Of a DNA stretch of 64,000 nucleotides, positions 21,966 through 31,363 are shown in pieces. Below the pieces are notes generated by a model, which ran no database searches, had not been told where the DNA came from, and was given only the letters and a program-made list of their open reading frames with translations. Position 1 is the first letter of the stretch. Every line of letters begins with the position of its first letter. Location of the stretch: NCBI GenBank assembly GCA_963844495.1, contig CAWJOT010000001.1, positions 29,767 through 93,766 on the forward strand, given 5' to 3'. A program made the translations under genes and the position numbers. The stretch comes from an uncultured Pseudomonadota bacterium (GTDB taxonomy: Bacteria; Pseudomonadota; Gammaproteobacteria; Burkholderiales; Burkholderiaceae_C).

Positions 21966-23369
21966 ATGCAGACACACCATACCCAATTGCTGATCATTGG
22001 CGGCGGCCCAGGTGGCTACGTGGCGGCCATTCGTGCCGGTCAGCTCGGCATTGCGACCACGCTGGTCGAGGGCGATCAGCTCGGTGGCACTTGCCTCAAT
22101 GTCGGCTGCATACCGTCGAAGGCGCTCATTCATGCCGCGGAGGCCTTCCACCAGGTGCATCAGTTCATCGGCGGCAGCGCCATTGGCGTCCGTGTGGAGG
22201 CTGCGCACATCGATATTGCGCAGACGGTTCAGTGGAAGGATGGCATCGTGGCGCGCCTGAGCGGCGGCGTGGGCGCACTGCTGCGCAAGCATGGTGTCAA
22301 GCTGGTCCGAGGCTGGGCGCAGATCGTCGACGGCAAGACGGTGGACGTGACGCCGGACACGCCCGATGGCAAGCCCCTGCGCATTCAGGGCGAGCACCTG
22401 TTGCTTGCCACCGGGTCGCTTGAATTGGCCTTGCCCGGCATGCCATTGGGAGGACGGGTCATTTCTTCGACACAAGCCCTGTCACCGCAAGTCATTCCGA
22501 AAAAACTGGTCGTTGTGGGTGCTGGCTACATCGGGCTTGAGTTGGGCACGGTGTACCGCAAACTCGGCTCCGATGTCACGGTGGTGGAGGCGCTGGAGCG
22601 CATCCTGCCGCTGTATGACACCGAATTGACCAAACCGGTGGCGGCCTCGCTGCGCAAGCTCGGGGTGCAGACCATCCTAGGCTGCAAGGTGCAGGGGCTC
22701 AACGCCGCGGGTGACGGCGTGCGCGTGCTTGACGCTGGGGGGCACGAGAGCGATCTGGCCGCAGACCAGATACTGGTTGCCATCGGGCGTGTACCACGCA
22801 CACACGGTTCGGGTCTGGAACAGTTGATGCTGACGATGGACGGTCGCGCGCTCAAGGTCGACGACCAGTGTCGCACCTCCATGCGCAATGTCTGGGCCAT
22901 TGGCGACCTGACCGGCGAGCCCATGCTGGCGCACCGCGCCATGGCACAAGGAGAAATGGTCGCTGAAATCATCGCCGGCCACAAGCGTCGTTTTGCGCCC
23001 GCCGCCATTGCCGCGGTTTGCTTTACTGACCCCGAACTGGTGGTGGCCGGTCTGTCGCCAGAGCAGGCAGAACAATCCGGGCTCGACTGCATTCAGGCCA
23101 GTTTCCCGTTTGCTGCAAATGGACGCGCCATGACGCTCGAGTCAGGGGACGGCTTTGTGCGCGTCGTCGCCCGGCGCGACAACCACCTCATCGTTGGCTG
23201 GCAGGCCGTAGGCGTTGGCGTATCCGAGCTGAGCACGGCGTTTTCCCACTCGCTGGAAATGGGCGCCAGTCTGGAGGATGTCGCCGGCACCATCCATGCC
23301 CACCCAACCCTGGGCGAGGCGGTGCAGGAAGCCGCGCTGCGGGCCCTGGGCCACGCCTTGCACGTTTAG
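21966..23369 (+). CDS. lpdV: dihydrolipoamide dehydrogenase E3
   Basis: [28 protein letters not shown]. Confidence 0.95.
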   Translation: MQTHHTQLLIIGGGPGGYVAAIRAGQLGIATTLVEGDQLGGTCLNVGCIPSKALIHAAEAFHQVHQFIGGSAIGVRVEAAHIDIAQTVQWKDGIVARLSGGVGALLRKHGVKLVRGWAQIVDGKTVDVTPDTPDGKPLRIQGEHLLLATGSLELALPGMPLGGRVISSTQALSPQVIPKKLVVVGAGYIGLELGTVYRKLGSDVTVVEALERILPLYDTELTKPVAASLRKLGVQTILGCKVQGLNAAGDGVRVLDAGGHESDLAADQILVAIGRVPRTHGSGLEQLMLTMDGRALKVDDQCRTSMRNVWAIGDLTGEPMLAHRAMAQGEMVAEIIAGHKRRFAPAAIAAVCFTDPELVVAGLSPEQAEQSGLDCIQASFPFAANGRAMTLESGDGFVRVVARRDNHLIVGWQAVGVGVSELSTAFSHSLEMGASLEDVAGTIHAHPTLGEAVQEAALRALGHALHV

Positions 23370-23378
23370 CAGCTCGGT

Positions 23379-24431
23379 TCAGACCGAAGTCTTGCCCGGC
23401 ACAAAGGTCGCAACACAATTGCGACCGGCCTTCTTGGCGTCGTAACAAGCGCTGTCGGCTGCTTGCAGCACCGCTGCAACATCAGGCAGTTCCGGCGTCA
23501 CGGCGGCAACGCCAATGCTGGCGCCAACGCTGAATTCGTGGCCGTCCTTGCGCAAGCGCCAACACTCGACGGCAGCACGAATCTGCTCGGCCACCTGCAC
23601 TGCGCGGTCAAGCGAACAACCCGGCAGCAACACGGCAAATTCATCACCGCCGAGCCGACTCACGCTGTCGCTCTCACGCACCTGCGCCTCCAGCAATCGC
23701 GCGATCTGACGCAACACCTCGTCGCCCGTCGCGTGGCCCGCCGTGTCGTTGATGATCTTGAAACGGTCCAGATCAATGAACATGACGCACAGACCGCGAT
23801 CCTTGAACTGGACCACCGCCGCCGCCAGCCGCGACTCAAATTCCTGCCGGTTGGCCAATTGAGTGAGGCCGTCATGTGTGGCCGTCCACGACAACTTGTC
23901 ACGCGTTGCCTTGACCTCCGATATGTCTTCCATGATCCAGATCGTGCCGCCGCCCGGATCGCCGGCAATGACCCCGCGCGCCAGCATATGCGACCAGAAC
24001 ACGCTGCCGTCCTTGCGCCGCAGGATTTGCTCGCCGTCAAAATGGTCCTGCGTCTTGAATGCTTCGCGAACTTGCTGCCCAAACGCGGCATAAGCCTCGT
24101 CCGAGGAAAAAATCAGGCGCGTCGGTTGGCCGCGAAATTCTTCCTCGGAATAGCCGAGCATCAGGCAGGCGTGTCGCCCCATCAACTCAAAACGGCTATT
24201 TCTGGTCAGCGCGATGCCAACGAAAGCGTTGTCGAGCACGGCCCGCAACTGGGCCACAAGCAGCAATTGGGATTGCGTCTGCTGTTCGTGAATCAGGGTC
24301 ACGTCGCGCAGCGTCGAGACAAGTTTTCCGACCTCGCCCTGCACCTCCGGCCAGCCCTCGGCGGCGGGCACACTGCCGGAGAGTTGCTGCTCGACGCGTC
24401 CTTGCAATCGGCTGATGATGCTTGAATCCAT
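23379..24431 (-). CDS. PAS-GGDEF diguanylate cyclase
   Basis: PAS (RRKDGSVFW), HDGLTQLANR, DLDRFKIIND, RESD I-site, RLGGDEF. Confidence 0.9.
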   Translation of the reverse strand: MDSSIISRLQGRVEQQLSGSVPAAEGWPEVQGEVGKLVSTLRDVTLIHEQQTQSQLLLVAQLRAVLDNAFVGIALTRNSRFELMGRHACLMLGYSEEEFRGQPTRLIFSSDEAYAAFGQQVREAFKTQDHFDGEQILRRKDGSVFWSHMLARGVIAGDPGGGTIWIMEDISEVKATRDKLSWTATHDGLTQLANRQEFESRLAAAVVQFKDRGLCVMFIDLDRFKIINDTAGHATGDEVLRQIARLLEAQVRESDSVSRLGGDEFAVLLPGCSLDRAVQVAEQIRAAVECWRLRKDGHEFSVGASIGVAAVTPELPDVAAVLQAADSACYDAKKAGRNCVATFVPGKTSV

Positions 24432-24456
24432 TGCGGGCCAAGTGTAGCCCAGCGCA

Positions 24457-25080
24457 TCAACCCCCGGCAAGCAAACGCAGTCCCCCCGGATCGACCACAT
24501 TGAGCAGGCGCCCGGAACCGCTGATCAGGCTGCGTTCGCGCATATGGCGCAGCACGCGCGAGAGCGTCTCCGGCGCAATGCCAAGCTGCGCCGCAATGGA
24601 TCGCTTGCGTTGTTGCAGCAGCACGGCCATCGAACCCTGATCACCGGTCTGCGCATGCCGCAACAACCACTCGGCGCAACGCGATTCGGCATCTTTGGCC
24701 AAGCGGCTTACCGCCAACTCGGTCTGCTTGCGGTGCGCCAAAGCGACATCATGGAGTACCTCCTGGGCCGCTTCAGACATGGCCACCAGCGAGCGGCGAA
24801 ATTCTGCCACCGGCACACGGCGCAGACTGACTTCGGTGTCGGCCATGGCATCGACCGCGTGGGGCAGCGCAAGGACGGTCGTGCTCGCCTCCAGCCAGCA
24901 AGGGCCGTCTACAACCCCGAGTTGGTGCTCCATTGCCTCGTTGGTCATGATTCCCAGCGCGACCCGCCCCGACTCAACGTAGCCAACCCAAGGACAAGCC
25001 GACCCACGCCTTAAAACAACCGCGCCACGGGCGACAACCTGCGGGTCGACCGTGAAGTCAATGGCTTGAGCGCGTAACAT
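24457..25080 (-). CDS. Crp/Fnr family transcriptional regulator
   Basis: cNMP-like domain (YVESGRV), HTH IAAQLGIAPETLSRVL; start at 25080 or 25089. Confidence 0.88.
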   Translation of the reverse strand: MLRAQAIDFTVDPQVVARGAVVLRRGSACPWVGYVESGRVALGIMTNEAMEHQLGVVDGPCWLEASTTVLALPHAVDAMADTEVSLRRVPVAEFRRSLVAMSEAAQEVLHDVALAHRKQTELAVSRLAKDAESRCAEWLLRHAQTGDQGSMAVLLQQRKRSIAAQLGIAPETLSRVLRHMRERSLISGSGRLLNVVDPGGLRLLAGG

Positions 25081-25115
25081 GAGCCGCACTGTGCCGTGCC
25101 AGAGCGTGGGCTACC

Positions 25116-25129
25116 TTGAGCGAAATCAA
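25116..25129. promoter_or_regulatory. FNR-box-like site upstream of the Crp/Fnr gene
   Basis: TTGAG-CGAA-ATCAA versus consensus TTGAT-N4-ATCAA (9/10). Confidence 0.65.
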
Positions 25130-25148
25130 ACAATCTTGAGTAATTGCC

Positions 25149-26492
25149 TTACAAGATTAGAACAGCCCGAAAATCATTGACGTTCGTGAACGTCGGACCG
25201 GTCCTGAACAAATCGCCGATGGCGGCAAAGAACGAATAGGCGTCGTTGCGCTGCAGGTATGCCTCGATGTTCATCCCTTGGCCCAGGGCGCGAACCAAAG
25301 TATCAGGCAGCACCCAGGCCCCTGCGTTTTCCTCGACGCCGTCGATCCCGTCGGTATCGGCCGCCAGCGCGTACACGCACGCCCGGCCTTGCAGCGCTTG
25401 CGCCAGTCCAAGACAAAATTCGCCGGCGCGTCCACCTTTGCCACGGGGACTGCCCGGAATCGACGGGCGCAGGCTCACCGTGGTCTCACCACCACTTAGC
25501 AGGACGCACGGCCGCGCAAATGGCTGACTTGCGTTCGCGACGGAACGCGCCAACGCTGCATGAAAGCGGCCCAGTTCACAGGACTCACCCTCCATTTCAT
25601 CGCTCAAGACGTAGGCGCCCAGTCCGGCTGCGCGCGCTGCATCGGCCGCCGCGGCCAGCGACTGCCCGGGTGTGGCAATCAAATGGACGGCATGACCCTC
25701 GAATGTCGCATCACCTGGTTTGGGCGTTTCAAGCTTTCCATTCTTCAACAAATCGACCACAGAGGCAGGAAGGTAGAGCCTGTAGCGCTCCAAAATTGAT
25801 AGCGCTTGAGCGCAGGTGGTGGCGTCTCCAAGCGTCGGTCCGCTAGCAATGATCGAGGGATCGTCTCCGGGCACGTCGCTGATGCAAAGCGTCACAACCC
25901 GCGCCGGAAAGCAGGCCCGGGCCAGACGTCCGCCCTTGATTGCCGAGAGATGCTTGCGCACGCAATTCATCTCGGAGATGGTCGCGCCAGAATCGAGCAA
26001 CTCCTGATTGATGCGCTGCTTGTCCTGCAAGCTCAACCCCGGAGCCGGCAAACTCAGCAACGCCGATCCGCCACCGGAGATGAGGCACAAGACAAGGTCA
26101 TCGGCGGTCAAACCCTGGGCCAGCGCCAACATCCGCCGGGCCACCTGCAAGCCGGCCGCATCGGGTACCGGATGAGCCGCCTCAACGACTTCAATGCGCG
26201 GGCTCTGACCCGCGGGCCGCTGCGGAACATGTCCGTATCGCGTGACGACCAACCCGCTTAGCGCAGCGTGCGAGGGCCACAGCGCCTCAACGGCGTGCGC
26301 CATGGCACCCCCAGCCTTGCCCGCACCGAGCACCACGGTTCGGCCCTTGGGTGGGGTCGGTAAGTATCGGGCGGTATTTTGCAGCGGCAGCGCGCGCGCG
26401 ACCGCGACCCGGTACAAGTGCTCAAGAAACTCGCGCGGGTGGGTCCTGCAATCGGGCCCCGTCGCGTCGGATCCGACACCAAGTTCGCTCAC
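25149..26492 (-). CDS. ttuD: glycerate 2-kinase (MOFRL/TtuD family)
   Basis: GAGKAG, HPVPD, LISGGGSAL, SDVPGD, GGETTV, DTDGIDG, TNVNDFR. Confidence 0.92.
   Translation of the reverse strand: MSELGVGSDATGPDCRTHPREFLEHLYRVAVARALPLQNTARYLPTPPKGRTVVLGAGKAGGAMAHAVEALWPSHAALSGLVVTRYGHVPQRPAGQSPRIEVVEAAHPVPDAAGLQVARRMLALAQGLTADDLVLCLISGGGSALLSLPAPGLSLQDKQRINQELLDSGATISEMNCVRKHLSAIKGGRLARACFPARVVTLCISDVPGDDPSIIASGPTLGDATTCAQALSILERYRLYLPASVVDLLKNGKLETPKPGDATFEGHAVHLIATPGQSLAAAADAARAAGLGAYVLSDEMEGESCELGRFHAALARSVANASQPFARPCVLLSGGETTVSLRPSIPGSPRGKGGRAGEFCLGLAQALQGRACVYALAADTDGIDGVEENAGAWVLPDTLVRALGQGMNIEAYLQRNDAYSFFAAIGDLFRTGPTFTNVNDFRAVLIL
25741..25804 (-). repeat. copy 4 of the 64-bp motif, inside glycerate kinase (sense)
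   Basis: CGCTATCAATTTTGGAGC GCTACA GGCTCTACCTTCCTGCC TCTGT GGTC GATTTGTTGAAGAA. Confidence 0.7.
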
Positions 26493-26500
26493 ACGCCAGC

Positions 26501-27472
26501 CTATTTCTTGCCCAATCCGAGGCGCTGCGCCGCCTCCGTGTACAGGCGCACTTTGTCCTTCATGAATCCGTCCATCTGATCGAGGCCCACATTGACCAAT
26601 TCGAAGCCGCTCTTGGCCGCCAACTCCTTCATTTCCGGATCACTGTTCAATGCGGCCCAGAGATCGGACAGGCGTTTGCGCGCGTCCGCCGGGGTGGACT
26701 TGGGAACCCCGATGCCGCGATAGGCTCCGTCGACCCAATCGACGCCCAACTCCTTGAATGTGGGGACATCGGGCAGCAGCGGATGGCGCTTCTCCATGGC
26801 GATGGCCAGGCCACGTACCCTGGTTTTGTTGTTGATCGCGAACGCTGAATAGGTCATGGCACCGTCGACCTGGGCACCAAGCACCGCCGTTGCCATGTCG
26901 CCCGTGCCCTTGTAAGGGATGTAGTTGGTCTTGACGGCAAAGGCCGCATTCATGCGTTCATGCGCGGCGTGATTGGCGGAATTCAGACCGGACCCGCCAA
27001 GATTGATCTTGTCAGGAGTCGCCTTGGCCGCCTTGATGAAATCTGCCATTGTCTTGATCGGGCTTTGCTCCGGAACAACCAGGATGTCCGGCGTGAAGTG
27101 AAACCAGAAGACGGGGACCACATCCTGCGTCTTGTACTGAACCTGCCCTTCCAGCGGCTGAAACACAATATGCGGCAGGTTGACACCTACGATATTGAGA
27201 CCGTCCCCCGGCAACTGATTCATCTGTCCCCACATCAGGCCCCCACCGGCCCCGGCTTTGTACTGAATGATGGTATCGATGCGGGGGCACTTCTTTTTGA
27301 GCACCACCTGCTGGTGCCGTGCCGACAGGTCCGATTCCCCGCCGGGCGGAAAGGCTTGCCAGTACAGCAAGTTCTTGTCCGGGCAAACCACCCCCTGGCT
27401 CGGGGTGGACGTCTGCGCCTGTGCCAGTGGCGTGATCAAAGCAAGGCCCAGGCAAGCGAGTAGTGGTCTCAT
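26501..27472 (-). CDS. Bug/TctC tripartite tricarboxylate transporter substrate-binding protein
   Basis: Signal peptide, FPPGGESD, AGAGG, IPYKGTG, PDVPTFKELG. Confidence 0.9.
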   Translation of the reverse strand: MRPLLACLGLALITPLAQAQTSTPSQGVVCPDKNLLYWQAFPPGGESDLSARHQQVVLKKKCPRIDTIIQYKAGAGGGLMWGQMNQLPGDGLNIVGVNLPHIVFQPLEGQVQYKTQDVVPVFWFHFTPDILVVPEQSPIKTMADFIKAAKATPDKINLGGSGLNSANHAAHERMNAAFAVKTNYIPYKGTGDMATAVLGAQVDGAMTYSAFAINNKTRVRGLAIAMEKRHPLLPDVPTFKELGVDWVDGAYRGIGVPKSTPADARKRLSDLWAALNSDPEMKELAAKSGFELVNVGLDQMDGFMKDKVRLYTEAAQRLGLGKK

Positions 27473-27522
27473 GTTTGGTTCCGGTGGTTGATGATTCTGA
27501 CAATCTTAGCGCTGCGCGATCG

Positions 27523-28605
27523 CTACGCCGTACGGGTCGAACGGCTGATCCGATCACACACCGCCGCGGTGACCTCTTCCGTGCTCGCATTGCCGCCAAG
27601 ATCGCGCGTGTGCAGCGCCGGATCGGCGGTCACCTGTTCGATGACCTGCATCAGCGCTTGCGCTGAGCGCTGCTGCCCCAGGTGCTCAAGCATCATCACA
27701 CAACTCCAGAATGTGCCCAACGGATTGGCCAGGCCTTGACCCATGATATCGAAGGCTGAACCGTGGATCGGCTCAAACATGCTGGGATAGCGCCGCTGCG
27801 GATCGATGTTGGCGGTGGGCGCGATGCCCAGGCTGCCAGCCAGTGCCGCGGCCAGATCGCTGAGGATATCGGCGTGCAGATTGGTGGCGACCAGAGTGTC
27901 CAAGCTGGCGGGCCGATTGACCATGCGCGCGGTGGCCGCATCGACCAGTTCCTTGTCCCATGTCACGTCAGGAAATTCCCGCGAAATCTGCAACCCAATC
28001 TCGTCCCACATGACCATCGCGTGGCGCTGGGCATTGGATTTCGTCACGATCGTCAACAGCTTGCGCGGGCGCGAACGCGCCAGCTCAAACGCGAAACGCA
28101 TGATGCGTTCGACCCCGGCACGCGTCTGCATAGACACGTCGGTGGCAACTTCAATCGGGTGCCCCTGATGGACCCGCCCACCAACGCCGGCGTACTCGCC
28201 CTCCGAGTTTTCACGGACGATGACCCAGTTCAGATCCTCGACTTTGCAGCGCTTGAGCGGGGCGTCGATCCCGGGAAGGATGCGCGTTGGACGCACATTG
28301 GCGTATTGATCAAAGCCCTGGCAGATCTTCAGGCGCAAACCCCAAAGTGTGATGTGATCGGCAATGTCGGGGTCACCGGCTGAGCCAAAGAGGATCGCAT
28401 CCTTGTCGCGCAGCGCGTCCAGGCCATCGGCGGGCATCATCTCGCCATGGTCCCGATACCAGTCGCCGCCCCAGCCGAATTGCTCGAACTCGAATCCGAA
28501 CGATTGGTCTGCAGCCGCCAGCGCCTCGAGCACACGCTGCCCCGCCGGGACGACTTCCTTGCCGATTCCGTCGCCGGGAATGCAGGCGATCTTGTAAGTC
28601 TTCAT
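27523..28605 (-). CDS. ttuC: tartrate dehydrogenase/decarboxylase (D-malate dehydrogenase family)
   Basis: IPGDGIGKEV, DHITLWGL, RENSEGEY, KSNAQ, NLHADILSDL, FEPIHGSAFDI. Confidence 0.9.
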   Translation of the reverse strand: MKTYKIACIPGDGIGKEVVPAGQRVLEALAAADQSFGFEFEQFGWGGDWYRDHGEMMPADGLDALRDKDAILFGSAGDPDIADHITLWGLRLKICQGFDQYANVRPTRILPGIDAPLKRCKVEDLNWVIVRENSEGEYAGVGGRVHQGHPIEVATDVSMQTRAGVERIMRFAFELARSRPRKLLTIVTKSNAQRHAMVMWDEIGLQISREFPDVTWDKELVDAATARMVNRPASLDTLVATNLHADILSDLAAALAGSLGIAPTANIDPQRRYPSMFEPIHGSAFDIMGQGLANPLGTFWSCVMMLEHLGQQRSAQALMQVIEQVTADPALHTRDLGGNASTEEVTAAVCDRISRSTRTA

Positions 28606-28676
28606 CGGTACTCCTTCGGAACTCCGGCAGGCTCCCGTGCCTTGATCGCAGCGGCAAACAATGTGCCTGGACCGGG

Positions 28677-29390
28677 CTACTCGCCCAGGTAGGCGGCACG
28701 AACTTTCGGGTCTTTGAGCATCTCCTTGGCATCGCCTGACATGGTGACCAGCCCGGACTCCATGACATAACCGCGGTTGGCAATGCCCAGCGCTCGGCTC
28801 GCGTTTTGCTCTACCAGCAGGACCGTCACGCCTTGCTGGTAGACCTCCTGCACCACCTCGAAAATTTTGTCAACCATCAGCGGGGAGAGTCCCATCGACG
28901 GTTCATCGAGCAACAGAACCTTGGGGCGACTCATGAGGCCACGGCCCATGGCAAGCATTTGCTGCTCACCGCCTGACAAAGTACCGGCCAATTGGTCACG
29001 ACGCTCCTTGAGTCGCGGAAATATCGTGAAAACCCGGTCAATATCGCTCACTATCTGGGCCTTGTCGTTTCGTATGTAGGCGCCCATCTGCAGATTCTCG
29101 ACAATGGTCATGCGGGCAAATACGCCCCGCCCTTCGGGCACCATGGCCAGACCCTGCTTGACCAGATCCCACGGCCCCTGCCCGCGGATGCTTCTGCCCA
29201 TGTACTCGATGTCACCATCGTTCACCGGCAGGATGCCGGTGATCGCTTTCATCGTCGTCGTCTTGCCCGCGCCATTGGAGCCAATGAGCGAGACCAGCTC
29301 ACCTTCACGCACTTCGAAGTCCACGCCCTTGACGGCCTGAATACCACCATAGGCCACTTTTAAACCCGTCACTTTAAGAAGAATATTCAT
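28677..29390 (-). CDS. livF: branched-chain amino acid ABC ATP-binding protein
   Basis: GSNGAGKTT, VPEGRGVF, LSGGEQQMLA. Confidence 0.93.
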   Translation of the reverse strand: MNILLKVTGLKVAYGGIQAVKGVDFEVREGELVSLIGSNGAGKTTTMKAITGILPVNDGDIEYMGRSIRGQGPWDLVKQGLAMVPEGRGVFARMTIVENLQMGAYIRNDKAQIVSDIDRVFTIFPRLKERRDQLAGTLSGGEQQMLAMGRGLMSRPKVLLLDEPSMGLSPLMVDKIFEVVQEVYQQGVTVLLVEQNASRALGIANRGYVMESGLVTMSGDAKEMLKDPKVRAAYLGE

Positions 29391-29436
29391 CGATTGTTTC
29401 CTTGCCTGGCAGACGTTGGCGCTGCCTCAACCTTTC

Positions 29437-30204
29437 TTAGTGACTCGTGCCGAGATAGGCCTCGATCACCTTTTCATCTTTCTGAACATTGGCCGGTGTT
29501 CCCTCGGCAATCTGCTTGCCGTAGTCCAGCACGGTGACCCGGTCGCACAGCCCCATCACCAACTTCACGTCGTGCTCGATCAGCAAGATCGTGCGATTGT
29601 CATTTCGGATCTTGTCAATGAGTTCGCGCAACATGACTTTTTCCGTCGCATTCATCCCGGCGGCCGGTTCGTCCAGGGCAATGAGCTGCGGATCGGTGGC
29701 CAAGGCTCGGGCGATTTCGAGCCGACGCTGATCACCGTAGCTCAGGGTGCGGGCCTTGTAGTCCGCGAATTTGCCGATCCCGACGTACTCGAGCAGTTCC
29801 TGGGCGCGTCCAGCGATCGCCGCCTCCTCGGCCTTGAAACTCGGTGTACGAAAGATCGCGCCAAGCAATCCCGAATGCGTACGGATGTGGCGCCCGACCA
29901 TCACGTTCTCAAGCGCCGTCATTTCAGCAAACAGTCGAATGTTCTGGAACGTGCGGGCGATGCCCGCCTTGGCCACCTCGTGCACCGCCGTTGGCTGGTA
30001 CGCTTTGTCCGCGAGCTCGAAACTGCCACTGTCTGGCGTGTACAGCCCGGTGAGGACATTGAAGAACGTGGTCTTGCCAGCACCATTGGGACCGATCAGG
30101 CCGTAGACCTGACCGCGTTCAATCGTGATCCCAACATCGCTCAGTGCCTGCAAGCCGCCAAAGCGCTTGGATACGCCGGCAACCTTAAGTACAGTATTTG
30201 TCAT
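29437..30204 (-). CDS. livG: branched-chain amino acid ABC ATP-binding protein
   Basis: FGGLQAL, GPNGAGKTT, RTFQNIRLF, DEPAAG. Confidence 0.93.
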   Translation of the reverse strand: MTNTVLKVAGVSKRFGGLQALSDVGITIERGQVYGLIGPNGAGKTTFFNVLTGLYTPDSGSFELADKAYQPTAVHEVAKAGIARTFQNIRLFAEMTALENVMVGRHIRTHSGLLGAIFRTPSFKAEEAAIAGRAQELLEYVGIGKFADYKARTLSYGDQRRLEIARALATDPQLIALDEPAAGMNATEKVMLRELIDKIRNDNRTILLIEHDVKLVMGLCDRVTVLDYGKQIAEGTPANVQKDEKVIEAYLGTSH

Positions 30205-30272
30205 GTTGTTCCTTCATCAGTCGGGGGCGGCAGCTGCTTGCTTGGTTGGCCCGCGCCGCGCCGCACAAGATC

Positions 30273-31355
30273 CTATTTAGCGTTCTGTAGAGACTTGCCG
30301 TGCTCCGGCGACGGCCAAAGCCCGCGCGGACGGGCCAACATGACACCGATCATCGCCAGCGCAATCAGCAGTTGGCGCAGGATCGCCGAGTCCAGCCGAC
30401 CGTCGGTCATGGCTTGCAAGGGGCCTGCGACATAGCGCAGCACCTCGGGCAAGGCCGAGAGCAGGATGGCGCCGAGAATAACCCCGGGCAGGTGCCCGAT
30501 GCCGCCAAGCACGACCATCGCAACGATCATGATTGACTCCATCAGGCTGAAGGACTCCGGCGATATGAAACCCTGAAACGACGCAAACATCGCGCCGGAA
30601 ACGCCGCCGAAGGTAGCGCCCATGCCAAAGGCGAGCAACTTCAGGTTGCGCGTGTTGATGCCCATGGCCTTGGCAGCGATTTCATCCTCACGAATGGCCA
30701 TCCAAGCGCGTCCGACCCGGGACAGTTCGAGCCGATGGGAAATCAAGACACTAAACAGAACCAGCGCCAGAAACCAGTAGTAGTAAAGCGACACCGAAGC
30801 CAGTTCGAAACCGAACACCGACACATTCTTGCCAAGGTTCAAGCCAAAAAAGCTCAAGGAGTCAATTTGGCCCATCCCCTTGGGTCCATTGGTGATATTC
30901 ACCGGCTGATCCAGGTTGTTCATGAACACCCGAATGATTTCACCGAAACCCAGTGTGACAATGGCCAGATAGTCCCCGCGCAAACGCAGCGTTGGAGCAC
31001 CCAGCAGGACGCCAAATAGTCCGGCGAGTCCCGCGCCCGCCGGGACCACCACCCACAACGGCATGTGCATGCCATCTGGGAACATGGCAGCGATCCACGG
31101 GAATGTTTCCACCAGGTGCGGCGACGCCATCAGCCCGTACATGTAGGCACCGATCGCAAAGAAGGCAACGTACCCCAGGTCAAGCAACCCCGCATAGCCA
31201 ACCACGATGTTCAGGCCCAGCGCCAGCAGCACGTACAGCAGGGCCATGTCGGCAATGCGCACCCAGGCATTGCCAAAACCCTGCAGCACCACAGGCAGGA
31301 TCAGCATAGCCGCAGCGGCAATCACGATGGCGATGATCTTTTGTTGTTGTTTCAT
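30273..31355 (-). CDS. livM: branched-chain amino acid ABC permease
   Basis: GLNIVVGYAGLLDLG, LRGDYLAIVTLGFGEI, AIREDE. Confidence 0.92.
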   Translation of the reverse strand: MKQQQKIIAIVIAAAAMLILPVVLQGFGNAWVRIADMALLYVLLALGLNIVVGYAGLLDLGYVAFFAIGAYMYGLMASPHLVETFPWIAAMFPDGMHMPLWVVVPAGAGLAGLFGVLLGAPTLRLRGDYLAIVTLGFGEIIRVFMNNLDQPVNITNGPKGMGQIDSLSFFGLNLGKNVSVFGFELASVSLYYYWFLALVLFSVLISHRLELSRVGRAWMAIREDEIAAKAMGINTRNLKLLAFGMGATFGGVSGAMFASFQGFISPESFSLMESIMIVAMVVLGGIGHLPGVILGAILLSALPEVLRYVAGPLQAMTDGRLDSAILRQLLIALAMIGVMLARPRGLWPSPEHGKSLQNAK

Positions 31356-31363
31356 GACAGTCC

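Noticed and set aside
21000-22475. 491-aa - strand ORF (similarly 43518..44849, 56802..58055, 29416..30435)
   Set aside because: Antisense to well-supported genes, with shadow-ORF composition.
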